Source: Lingula anatina (lineage: Eukaryota > Animalia > Brachiopoda). Taken from it: a stretch of 64,000 nucleotides of DNA. The stretch covers positions 42,138,788-42,202,787 of the forward strand of contig CM120640.1 of the NCBI GenBank assembly GCA_051362555.1. Reading direction: 5' to 3'. Both the position numbers and the translations under genes were made by a program. The first letter of the stretch is position 1. Each line of letters opens with the position of its first letter. The notes below the pieces were generated by a model. The model was not told where the DNA came from. It ran no database searches and saw only the letters and a list, made by a program, of their open reading frames with translations. Shown here one piece after another: positions 39,045-52,100 of the stretch.

Positions 39045-42000
39045 TTATTTCATCTGCTGTTCAACGCTTTCGTTAAGCAATCCTACAATAACATCACCAT
39101 CTTTGATTTCACCGAGTTCGGTAGCGGTAATAGTTTCATTTTGGATGTCTTCTTTGTCCACGTCTTTACATACACAGCAGTAGTGTAGTCTGTTCTGGAA
39201 GTCACCAGCAAAATAAGTTTTATAAGTTTTAAAGAATCCACACATGGATTCGAGGTTCAATTGATCAGTTAATAATTAAGTATTAATAACGTTGTCGTTG
39301 CGTATTGGTCAAACAGTTATTTAAGTTGAAACAAATGTGATCTGAATAGATACATCATATACAAGTTAATTGTACTGGGTTTAAAGCAGCAGAATAACAA
39401 TTGTCAGGGACACATTAACGCTTGTCTATACTTACTATATCATGGTCTACTCCACAGCGAAGCGTTTGACGAAATGATTGTGGAAAGCAGCAAAACATTA
39501 CGTCAAGTATTGGACATATCAGCCTGTAGTCTAACTTAGAGGTATCGGTAAACCCTAAATTTAATATGGACGTGGCCATTTAAATAATAACCAAATATCT
39601 AAAAGCATGAACTTTAAAATCTTTCTATAATACAAACAGGGTTTATTTTTAATGATCATGTTCGTAAAATTTCACTTTGAAAAAAGTTTGATTTATTTCA
39701 TAGCGCATCCATTTATTATATACCACAGTATTAGTATATTATGCCACTTACCTGTGACAGCGCTGACTGCCATTCCTACCAAAACCTCCACTAGAACTGC
39801 AAAGCCACTGTACCACAGGTACGACAAGTTGTAGAGGCCGTTCAACGGAGGACTGGAACACAACATACAGCAATACAATCTTGTACACCTACGATATCAG
39901 TAATTTCATGTATGTGCTGCATTCAAGCATATGCATATGTACCACGTGCAATGTTGATTAAATATGTAAATGAATGCTTGGTGATATAAAAAATGCATTC
40001 AAAACATCTGTCGATGACGTATGTGCACTTTTACCCTGTATTTGTAATGCTATAGTTCTTAGAAAAATCCCATCTCATCGGACAGTAGCACGGTTGTGGA
40101 AATTTACAGATCTTTCATTTGATCTGTGGAGAACATTGGGAAAGACTTTTAAACCTTTTAAAATGTATAATCAGTAATGAAGCCTTGTTGATCAAGGTTT
40201 AAACTAAATTGCAATTAACTAAAATGCAAGGTTTTATCAACGTTGTGAACCTGCAGACTTCTGCTGGGATTTGTATAGTTTTCAGTTAATATGTATTTTA
40301 GCGAAATACTGACTTCCCATTTTCTCTTGAGTCTCGGTGTCTCGTGTCTAATATGTCAATTAGAGGACATATTGCAGACACACTTCATGCTCGGCATTAA
40401 ATATCAATTACATATACATTGTACCGCACACATGATTGGGGACATATGACTTTCAATGCTGGAATACTTAAAGATCTGAAACAAATAAAATTTGAAAATA
40501 AAAAGACCGGCAATAGTATTAAACTTACTTATAAGGTGCCGCCGTCGGTATAAAGGCAACAGAACTGGCAATAGCTGTACTAGTAGTAACATTAGTCAAG
40601 GTTTCATTCAGCGGATTACAACCTTCAATGGATACAGGTGCTTTCCAGACGGCGGGTTTGTAAATCTGGGCGCCGATGCCGATCCAGAAAGTGAAGAGAA
40701 GACTGGTGACAAGGCCGGCTATCGCACCCTAGGAATGGGAAATGTCGATCAGAAATTGGCTTTTCTAAAAGGCAAATTAAAATCTGGCCTGAATAAAAAA
40801 CATGTTGATATTTACTAAAAGAACCCTTTTAAAGATATCTATTCATCATTATTCTGTTTTTAAACATTGGGTTCCAGAATATTATAAAGATGGGGTAAAA
40901 GGCATTTGATTGTTCAATAACGACGACGTCAGCAAAGGGCCCCTACCCTACTTCCATTAAATCATAGGATCCGTCCTAGATACCTTTTTATATTATGCTC
41001 AAATCAGGATACCTTACCTTCCAGTTAGCCCAAGGGAAAAGAACTCCCAGAGTGAAAACTCCTAGTAGAGGACCACCGATCATACCAAACAATGCAAGAG
41101 CTGCCTAGAACAAAGGCAGAAGCATCAAAACATGAATAGAGGTGATGGGAAAATACGAATGTCAACCCTGAACTTATGTTCTTCTTAAATCAATAAGAGT
41201 GGTACATGAGCATGTTCACTTTTTAAAAAGTCATATTTTCACTATACTGCTCTACTTCGAGAGAAACAATCCATTTACCTGCAGCACACCTCCTAATTGG
41301 GACGCTACAAACGTCAAACCAATTACTATACAACCGAATACAACAGCTGAAAATATATTTAAAAATCTAAAATCACTGTCAGGGAAATTACAGGACTTAC
41401 AATGTAAATATATGGTATATACTGTAAACGGATGTTTAGATTAGGCACAACAAATTTGCAGTCATCGCTAGCAAATGCAACTTTGCACATGTATAGTGTA
41501 ATTTCAAACCAAAATGTTGAATATTTCTTTCTCTACAAAAAAAATCATTGTAAGCGTTCAAGAATATTTACGTACACATTATTTTAGACGTCAAAGTCGC
41601 CCTACTGTCAGACATCTCTTTACAGCAGAATTCCTGGAACAGATCACGTGTCCAGACCGTGGCCAGGCTGTTCAGTCCGGACGATAGAGTGCTATGGAAA
41701 TGTAATAAATGTATGAGCAGCATTTGTAACTTGTAAATAATAAACTCTGATCAATAAGTAAATATAACTTAAGGGCCCGTTAACATCACAGTACCGTGTA
41801 TACTGGTATCTCATGATCAGGGCAGGGGTAGTCACTTACAGATTCAAAGGGGCATGGGAACATGGGATACATGCCATTTTTATAGTTGCATGAAACCGTG
41901 CCCGGTGAATATAGATTAAAATGGTTTTAAAATGCCCCCGCTACCCATATTCCCCACATCAAACTCCACATCTCAGAAACGTTGAAACGTGGATTAAAAC

Positions 42001-45000
42001 GACAAAAAAAAAACGTTTATATTCTTCTTGTTTTCTACCAAATGTATTATATTTTTACTTAGAACTATATTCTAATTTACTTCATGATAACATTGTAGTA
42101 TTAAAATGTACTTTGAGATAAGAGCCATATTTACTCTAACTTAGAGCCATTAAAACTAACGGGTCCTTCTTCCTACCTGAGCGCCCCGCTGAAGAGGCAG
42201 GCAGTAAAGAGGCCAGGTAAACCAGGCACAAAGGCAAGCTTGTCCATCACGAACAGCGGCAGCAGCTGGAGCATAAAATATGAAATAGTCATGAAATAGA
42301 AGCATGTGCCTCAGTTCCCGTTGAAGAGTCGACGAGCAGGCGAATGCAGACAAAACAAGACCTGGAGAAGTCAGGAACGGCAGCAAGAAGAAGCTTAGGA
42401 AGCATGGTCTTCATTTTTATCTCAAAATAGAATTAAGTACATACCTTATACTCTGTCACTGCAAAGCATGCAATTTGATTTGTGCCCTCCTAGAAATTTA
42501 TTTATTTGTTTATTCATTTATTTATCTAAGTCTTGAAAAAACTATTTAGTTTTTCTGCCGCCACATTCTGAACAATTTGGTGTAATGTTTCGTGTTTATG
42601 TTCACCGCGTGGGTCCACCACGTCTGCATGGTTTTCGACACACCCGTGAAATAATGCATTTACCTGATCCTGGTTGGTGATGTCTTTATTTGTCATTGGG
42701 TCACAGTCGAAGTAGTGGGCATAGATCAGGATACCGGACATGGCGCTGATGATCAGAATGGCGATCAAACCTGGCGCGTTTATCCACATGGCTCTAGAAA
42801 AAAATACACTTGAATCCCATGGAATATCTGCATGTATTTTTGTTTGTTTGTTTTTTGGCCTTTCTGGCCAATAAATATGGCAAATACTTGTAATTCCATG
42901 TTAATGAAAAAGAAGAGATATCTAGAACTGACCAATCTGTGTGAATCGAATGTTTAAGTGTGTTCGTTTTCCGTTTTCCAGTTTAAAACTAGATGGTGTT
43001 TATGGGTGACTATCGCGTATCAATGCACTTCCCCACATTGGAGTGATGAAAAGAATTAGGAAATCACTACACACAGACGAACAGACTCACTGACTTTCAG
43101 GCGGGGATAATAATCAACTGCGGAATCTAGAAGTGACATCTTACATCTGTGCTCTCTTGAGGTCGACCACTGTGAGAGCTCTCTGTACCTGAGCCTGGTT
43201 GACACCGTACACAGACAGCCAGGTAAAGAACCCACCAAACACACATGTCCACACTGTATGCCGCTCACGTGGGTCGGGGTTGAAGCTGAAATGTTATTTT
43301 GAATTTTACCAATGTGGTTCTATTAAATGTCTCCGCCATGGAGTTAATGTATTGCTGTCTGTTTGTCAACAGCCTCACTCAAAAAGTTATGGGCGAATTT
43401 TGATGAAATTGTTCACCATTAGATAGGGCCAATGGCTTGACTTGTTGGGCAATGAATGTGCTAGCTCTCAACTACCACAATTTTACAGCGCCAAGTCATT
43501 GGCGGAAGTCTCAGCTCTCTGGGTACATGTATCTTTCTAGTAAACATATGAAGAACATTATCAAATTCTCGATAACCCATCTATGTATTGCAGCTTTAAT
43601 TAATATTTTGGCATTTATTTCAGTCAACTACTTATCAGTTTTATTAATTTCTTCTTTTTGAATAGCTAAATTTAGATATAATACTTTTCTTTTACTCAAG
43701 GAAGTTTATTCGGTCTCCTTTTATGTTAATTTCCCAAGCGTTCCGAAATCCCCCTAATTCCAAGGATCCCTGAATGACTACAGCGAGCATTCCGGCTACC
43801 ATCATGAAAACTTGGAATGTATCTGTCCACATGACTGCTTTCATACCACCCTGAGGAAAAAAACACAACCGGATAATTACACCCGGCACTGTTATTTTTT
43901 TAGTTCGCTACTTGTCTTCTTTATTTTGTCACTTGAACAACGGTATGTTATTGTTAAACTTGTGTATTATGATTAAGACACTGGACTGTCACCTCCCTTT
44001 CTAAAAAACTCACAAAAATTCAGCATTACCTCTGCCTTCTTGATAATTTATTTTGCTACGCCCCTTTTACTTTAAAAACATTTTATACTTATTTTCATTA
44101 ATAAAAATATAAAATATATTTTACATCTACTAAAACCGGAAATAATTTTACTTACAATGCTGGTGTAGAAAACACAGACGACGCCAACTGAACAGACAGC
44201 AATCCAGCGGTTTAAACCGGTCACTGAAATCAACACAGATTACGATTAGGGGCACAACTGAGGACTTAGCTGTTCATTTTTTAAAAAACTTATTTGTACA
44301 GATGCTGTGACCGGGCAGGGTCACTTCAGTTGATCATTTTGTCAGGCGTTTCAATAATACCTTAAAGCACACAACGAACGTTTGGCCTTGACTTTTTTGG
44401 GGGTGGGGGGTCCACATATGCACTTTAACTAGGTGTCTACCTTAAACTTACCTTGTTCTAACGCCAACGAAGGTGCATACAGAACTATCGCCATGTAAAG
44501 AATCTGAAAAAAGATTGTCCTTTAACATCGTGAAACGGTTATTATACTATTATACATGTATTAAAGGTAAAGCATTTCAAAAGTTAGCCTTTAATTTTTT
44601 CATAACGGTTAGTCGTTGAAAACTTGATTCATTTCTGAATTCATGGAGTTTTAAAATTGAAATGCACTACTTCAGAATATCACTTACTTCGTATACAATG
44701 TGCAGCAAGTAAAATCAACCAGTCCTTAACAGAACCCGAAACGAAATGTGTCGCGCCAAAATATGTACGTCTGTTACCGCCAAAACAGGCAAATGTACGC
44801 CTGATGATAAATACTTATGAAAAACAGCACATTTCGAGGTTGTTCGTAAAGTTTTGCTTCAAAACGTCTTTGACAGACAGACATTAATTAAGACGTAAGG
44901 AGAACGACTTAATTATTGTGCACACCAAATCCGGAGTCTTCAGACACTGCAAACATGGTCATCTTTATCACGTTATACTTTTGAGCCATCTGAGACGTAC

Positions 45001-45995
45001 CAAATTTGACAATGTGCACACTGTATATTTGCAGGTCAGATGCACATCTAGGCCAACTTATCAAGGCTCGGGGTTACATGGCTAATTGTTGAGTATGAAG
45101 ACTGATATATATTCCTTAACAACTTGTTTCGGCCGTACAGTTTTTTTTTTTTCGTTACGTTTCAAAAGGCTGCTAATTACATACTGAACAAATCTGTCTG
45201 CGCAATCTGCATGCACCAGTGCAATTGACACTGCGTATGTATGCTGTTGTCGTTTTTAAAAGAATATCTCAATTCTTCAACTCAGATCAAGTTTTGCAGT
45301 ACAATGTTCGTTTGCATGTTTGTTTTTTCGAAAGAAAGGGAAAAGTCATAAATGCTAACTCACCATCTGCAGGCTGAACGTTAGTGATCCGGCTACACGC
45401 ACGGCTTTGTTGAAACGCATTTCGAGATACTAGAAAAGATATACGATTTAAAGCTATGAGTTTCATAGAATTTCTAAAGTACTATATGCAGAGCCGGGTT
45501 AATTAGATTCGTTCTGTTCGCGATTGTCAATTGTGTGGCATCAGATGGGAAAATGTCTTATCCATTGAAAAGTTATCGAGAAAAAAAGTATGATACGATT
45601 GAAGTAATGCCAAAATGTTTTTCTTTTTCACATTTTACTGGACGTACCTCATATGCGCTGGTAATCTTTAGTCGGAAAAATATGGGGAGAAAGATGTGCG
45701 CGGCCACGGGGATGACCAATAAGTAGCCAAAGGCTATCCACAGGTACTGCGTTCCATATACGTACATCTCTTTTGGCGTCCCTAGCAACGTTATGGCGGA
45801 CATGAAACTGGCCAGCAAAGACATGGCTGCGGGTATTGCCCCCATCTGTCTGTTGGCCATCAAAAATTCGGTGGTCGTTCTCTGACGTCCGCCGGTGAAC
45901 GCCTGGTATATACCTATGCTGGCAGAGACAACCAAAGTCCCAGCAAACACCACGTAGTCCACGGGTCCGAAAGTGTTCACCTGAGCCTGCGGCAT
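39045..45995 (-). CDS. SLC5A8-like: Sodium:solute symporter, SLC5A5/6/8/12 (NIS/SMVT/SMCT) clade, copy C, 15 coding exons, 629 aa
   Basis: Exons 45995-45648, 45429-45364, 44503-44452, 44223-44156, 43850-43696, 43285-43145, 42793-42664, 42265-42177, 41691-41576, 41346-41279, 41104-41018, 40728-40529, 39852-39752, 39554-39436, 39194-39045. All are GT-AG and phase-consistent. Motifs [51 protein letters not shown] and [16 protein letters not shown] are present. Confidence 0.93.
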
Positions 45996-46753
45996 GTTGA
46001 ATACTGGCTGGTCTTTTGCTGAAGATATGGAATATATCTACATTTACATGAAACCCATTACTCAACTATATGTAGTCTAGTATATATGTATGTATGCGTG
46101 TGTGCAATTGCAGATCTAAGATGGGGTGCAGTGACCCACTCCCAGCTTTAGACATACCCATTTCCCCTTTCAAAATCAGCATTTCATTCGAAAGAGATAA
46201 AACTAAGTCATAGGTGTGTGCGTGTGTGTGTGCGTGTGTGCGTATATAACAATCAACAGGATAAAATGTCATTTCTAAGGTTATGAATAACAATAAGATT
46301 AAACCACTTCTATCAAAGGTGCGCGCCCAATATCAACAAGCAAACCACTTCATATATACCCGTGTCAACACACTCGCCTTGTGACATGTGTTTACTGCCA
46401 AGAACGACGTAAATTTCATTACATAACATGCTGTTGCAGATCAATATGTGTGCTTTAACACGGTATGGTCCCTTGAACTGATGCATCAACATTGCCATAT
46501 AAAATATGAGTTATCAATGCCAAAAAATTGCCGTTTATATAGAGGCAGAAATAATATTTGATTGATCATTAAATATAACATAAAATATTAATAATGCAAC
46601 TAAAAAAACAACAATTATTCTTAAAAATCACGGGAAGGAGTTGTCACTGTCATAGGGAGAAGGGGTAGCTACCCCCTTATATCTGGTATCATCCAATCCA
46701 TTCTATGTTTCACAAAATTTAAGTAGTTTTATGAAACAGGACCTATATATATA

Positions 46754-47449
46754 CAGGGTGTGACAAAACTATTGCAACGTCTAATTAGTGCGCTATATGA
46801 CATAGGGGACCCCTTCGTAAAAAGTGATATGCGGTTTATGACTCGGGTAATCCGTGATGAATTTTTATCCATGTGCACTATGAAGGGTGTCATTGAAGGT
46901 GTAACCTCCTTCTGGCTGTCAAGTTCCTACCATGGTGAAGTACATGTAACCGGAGCTCACAGATGAAGGAAGAAAAGAAATTGCTTCCCTGAGGGTGGAT
47001 GGTACATGTATATATGTTCCTCAGATAGCCGCTAGATATTGTGTGTCTAGCCATACTCTATATAGGGTTTGCAGAAGGATGGAGGTCACTGGTGATGCCC
47101 GTAAGTCAACAAGAAATGGCAGCCCGAAGAAAACTAGTGCCAGAGACAACGGGTGCCTTCTTATACTGTCAAGGTTTAGGAGATTTAAACCGTGCAGCGA
47201 ATCAGCTTTGCAGTGGTTGCTTTATTTGTAGGTTGAAGTAAGCAAAATATTGAGATAACGCGGCTATTCTTCAGATTATTAATACTGACATAATAACATG
47301 CGTTATGTTAGGACAAAGAATTGGTCTGAAAGCCTGTGGTAAAGATACTTGAAAAAGCCAGTTTTCAATAAGATACTAATTGAAAAACTTAAGAAACCCA
47401 GCTGTTGTTCGCCTTCAGGCAAAATGGTGCAACACTTTTGTAACCCCTG
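46754..47449 (+). mobile_element. Internally deleted Tc1/mariner element (696 bp) with a decayed transposase N-terminus
   Basis: TA|CAGGGTGTGACAAAACTATTGCA ... TGCAACACTTTTGTAACCCCTG|TA forms imperfect TIRs with a TA TSD. ORF 46995-47231 (QIAARYCVS...TGDARKSTRNGSPKKTSARDN...LSRFRRFK) matches the Tc1 HTH and GRPR-like linker. Confidence 0.85.
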
Positions 47450-49183
47450 TACATGTATCACAACACCTGATGAAAGCTTAGTTTTGCATCATACCGACCA
47501 AAATATTAACACTTTCCAAAAGTACTTTCAAATGATACGAAATGCAAAGTGCGTCTTTTGAGAATAAGACGAAATCTCATTCCAAGGTGCCAATATGCCA
47601 CTGTATATGTACACGTGTATCTACAATCATGAAATATGTTGTACCGTACAATGACAGAACAAATGACACTACGAATACTTGCGTATCAATTTATAGTCCT
47701 ACCGTCTCTTCATGTTACCTTACCAGTGTGCTGTGCTGGCTTCCGTAAGGGTCAATGATGATAAGATAACCTCAGTTTGAGGTTTTACTCTGTCTCACGC
47801 CTATACCCAGAAGCTACTCCCTGACGACAGGTTGCGCTAGTAGTCTGTTACATACTTTTTGTATTGCAGGTACTCTCATTTTGTATACCATTGTAAAAGC
47901 TTCTGATATCAGAGGGTACCAAGAAGCATGATCGGTACGTGAAGTCAAATGAAAGTCCAAGAATTGGGTGAATCGTGTATTTTAATGAATCCTTGTACCA
48001 GCTCATGAAAGGGAGGTTTCTGCTTGAGACAATTTGGAGATTTCGAATTCCTAGAAATCAAGAAAAGTCTCCGTGATACCTGTACACATGTCCCAGGGGC
48101 TCGGCTATATTAACAAAATATTGAGCAAACAGTGAGAATATGTGAAAGACTTGACCCACTTTCATACAAATCACGATGTTTTCGGATTGGCAATACGGTC
48201 TTATATTGGCTTTGTTGTCACATCGGCAATAAGGAGATGTAAATTTATGTTCTCTTTGTACGCTGCATGATGAGTCCGTAAAATGAAAAGCATCTAAAAT
48301 GTTTATATCAAGTTAAATTAACACTGACCGTAATACCGATTTTTACAGTATTTCTCATATGTCCCAACAGTTTAAATTGCGTTTTTATTCGAAACAATGC
48401 ACTGAGATGTCTATTAAATCCCATATGACAACTATGACAAGTCTAAAACTGTCCCTAATTACACGAATTTAATTCTTTAAAAATGAACACAACAGAAATT
48501 GACATTTTCATAATGAATATATTTTTACATAAAATGTTTTGATAAAACATTTGACATCTTACACAATGAGACTTATTTTTATGATCATCTTGCAACAAAG
48601 TCCGTGCTTCGCGTTTTCAATATGTTCAGAGAAGTTGCAAAATCATGAAATGATTGAATTTTGTTTTTCATGTTAAAAAAAAGAAGTACGGCTTACGTTT
48701 TTCACACGATCATTGGTGATGTTTGTAATGCTAACAATCTTCTTATTTACTAACAAAAATAAATAGATGCGTGTTTACTCTTACGTTTTCAACTCTCCAA
48801 GTGTGCCATAAAATAATGAAGTAATAAAATTTCTTTATAGCACACTTTGTGTATTCAATATACGTAATTGTTTCGTTAACTGCCTCATCAAATAAAAGCG
48901 ATCTCCAATGCACTATACTAACATAACAAACTTGGTCGGTTATACATGTACATGCACTATATGATCGTCTCTGAGTAACACTGGTGTTTGGTTATACGAA
49001 TATCTTTAAATCATAATATACAAAGTATGCGCATGCATTGTGGACAGTTGTTTTACTGTCTACCTGAGCCTTGAGAGATTACCCTGAGATAAATTTGAAT
49101 GCATTATATTCAATATACCACGGTAAGTAGGAGTAAAGTGATTTTCTTCAATCAACAGCTAATATTAAATTTGTTTACCTTGT

Positions 49184-52100
49184 CTATATTTGGGTCTCTT
49201 TCTTTAAATCTAAAGCATTGTCATTTTTTATTCCATTAGTCTGATTGGCCTCCAGCTCCTTCGTTTTCATGGCTTCATTGTCAAAACCGTCATCTTTAGT
49301 TTCACCAAGTTCGGCAGCGGTGATAGCTTCAGCTGAGATGTCTTCTTTGTCCACGTCTTTACATACACAGCAATAATGAAATTTGGTCTAGAATAAAACG
49401 GACTTATTGGCATGACACTTGCAAGACAGGTGCAAGACAGTTTATATAAAATAGGTATTAAAACTCTTATAAGTGGTTAACAAATTGCCGATGATAATGA
49501 ATCATATTAAATCAAATTTATTTATATCAAATATTAAAATAGGCATATTTTCATATGAAACACGTTATTTAGTTTGATTCATTTACATGTAAAACGTACT
49601 GTATATCAGGCAGCATTTACAAAAATTAAATTTAATGCCAGTAGACAAATCGGTCTGTACGTACCGTATCATGGTCTACTCCACAGCGAAGCGCTTGACG
49701 AAAAGACTTTGGAAAGCAGCAAAACATGACATCAAATATCGGACATATCAGCCTGTAGTCTAACATGGTCGTGTCAGTGAACCCTGATAAAATGTTAAAT
49801 GACATTTTAAAAATTCTGACCGCTAAAATGCCTCGTAAGTAAACATTCATACCGCATTCATTTGTTGTGAAATTTTAGCTGCTGCAAGCCTATAATTCTA
49901 TCACTGAACTCATTTTCTAAATGCGAAACTAACCTGTAATAGCGCTGACAACCATTCCAACCACCACAACCACCAGTACTCCAAAACCACTGTACCACAG
50001 GTACGACAAGTTGTACAGGCCATTCAGCGGGGGACTGAAACATAATATACCTCCACAGTGAAATATGTATAATTCTTTTCCCCTTACAATGGCCCATTTA
50101 TACTAGGCTACCTTCATCCACTTCACTTTTCTTATTAAAAAAGGCTATTTCACTGTCTTTGTTTGCTTGTTTATTTAATATTGTCATAGCGTAATAAAAT
50201 GAGACCGCACTCAAACTAAAATATTACAAACATACTTAAATGCGGATTATCTGAAGCCATTTCCTTGCAGGAGACAAAACCTACCTACGTCAATTAGAAA
50301 ATAAGTTCATCTGGATGTGTCATGTATAATGTAGACCTATGAGATTCATTTTTCCACCCGAAAGAGAACGAGGTAAAAGATGTTAAAATACATTTATGTG
50401 CAGAAATTTTCAACTGTTTTTAGCTGCACTCTTCCTCAGCGATATTGTTTGACCACTAGGTGGAGTTGCGGTCAAAATGATGTTATAGACATCTTTTACC
50501 TCGTTTTCATTTGGATGGAAAAAAATGAATCTCATAAGTCTACTTACCAATGTCATCTAAGATTGGCACAGTATTGATAAATATTTATTCCACTTACTCA
50601 TAAGGTGCTGCCGTGGGCATAGGTGTCACATTGATCATAACGGCTGTTGTCACATTGGTAACCGTTTCATTCACAGCATTACAACCTAAGATGGATACAG
50701 GCGCTTTCCAGACGGCGGGTTTGTAGATCTGCGCGCCGATACCGATCCAGAAGGTGAGGAGAAGACTGGTGACAAGGCCGGTTATCGCACCCTGCGAATG
50801 CATGAAGAACGGGAAATTTGGCTAAGCGTTTCGAAATTCTAAATGGCTATTTCCTTATCACTTAATCCCAAAAAGATGAATCAACATTCGCGTAGAGAGA
50901 AATTTTGAGAAACAGACTGAAAAATAACTTTGATTTCTCAAGAGATCTGTATAAGATTTGAAGGAAATATTTTCACATTTAAACTAAAGCATGTAATAAT
51001 TAACCAAGCATATTTCTTATGATGAAAATCTATCAAGTTTCGTTTCGTTACCCAAACGTTCACCGCAAACCGTAGTTTACAATGTGCCTTACCTTCCAGT
51101 TAGCCCAAGGGAAAAGAACTCCCAGAGTAAAAACTCCTAGTAGAGGACCACCGATCATACCAAATAACGCAAGAGCAGCCTAGAACAAAGTCAAAACGTT
51201 CGCCATGCGCTGTGTAACGATTAACATGTATGCATGTCTCTGTTAAAATAAGGATACTTGCTTCAACTGAATAAATACAACGCTTATTGTGTCACATCTC
51301 ATTTTCGCGGTAGAAATTAACGCGACCAGGTTATCTAAAACTGTTGTAGCAAGATGTTGGCAAGAACTTACAACATGTATCGGCCTACTATACTTACCTG
51401 TAGCACACCCCCTAATTGAGACGCCACGAATGTCAAGCCGATTACGATACAACCAAATACCAAAGCTGAAAGAAGACATACTTATAGAATGAGGTAAATA
51501 CCATTTTTTTAAAAATAATATATAAGTTTTAGAGAATTTTTTTTATTTCTCTTATAGTTGCTGATCAGAAACATAGGACAAGCGTTGCTACATAATGCAA
51601 AGTTCTAAAACAAGATTTCGGACCGGAAATGAACTAAAGGTGTCAAAAGATTCTACATTTTGCTTGAGGGAGGTTTTCTTACACATGATTTTAGACGTCA
51701 AAGTCGCTCTACTGTCAGACATATGTTTACAGCAGAATTCCTGTAACAGATCACGCGTGCAGACTGTTGCCAAACTGTTCAGACCAGACGATAGGGTGCT
51801 GAAATGAAATTGAATGAATGTACATGTCCCTGTTGGCAGTTTTAGTCGAGACTGCTCGACATACAGTGAGCACTAAGACGGGAAAATAAAATATTAAAAT
51901 ACTGGAAGAAACTACAGGTATAATATTTGAAATCTAAAACAAAATAAGGAAGTTGCTATATAATTTTAGTTTGATTCATTTTATGTTGGATTTTAAAATG
52001 AATGTTGTACCTGAGCGCCCCGCTGAAGAGGCAGGCAGTAAAGAGGCCAGGTAAACCAGGCACGAAGGCTAGCTTGTCCATCACGAACAGCGGCAGTAAC

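Noticed and set aside
38997-39047. Stop-codon readthrough in copy C (TAA then ECHDVCQISTFSELD)
   Set aside because: TAA-G is a poor readthrough context, and the extension does not resemble the other copies or restore a PDZ motif.
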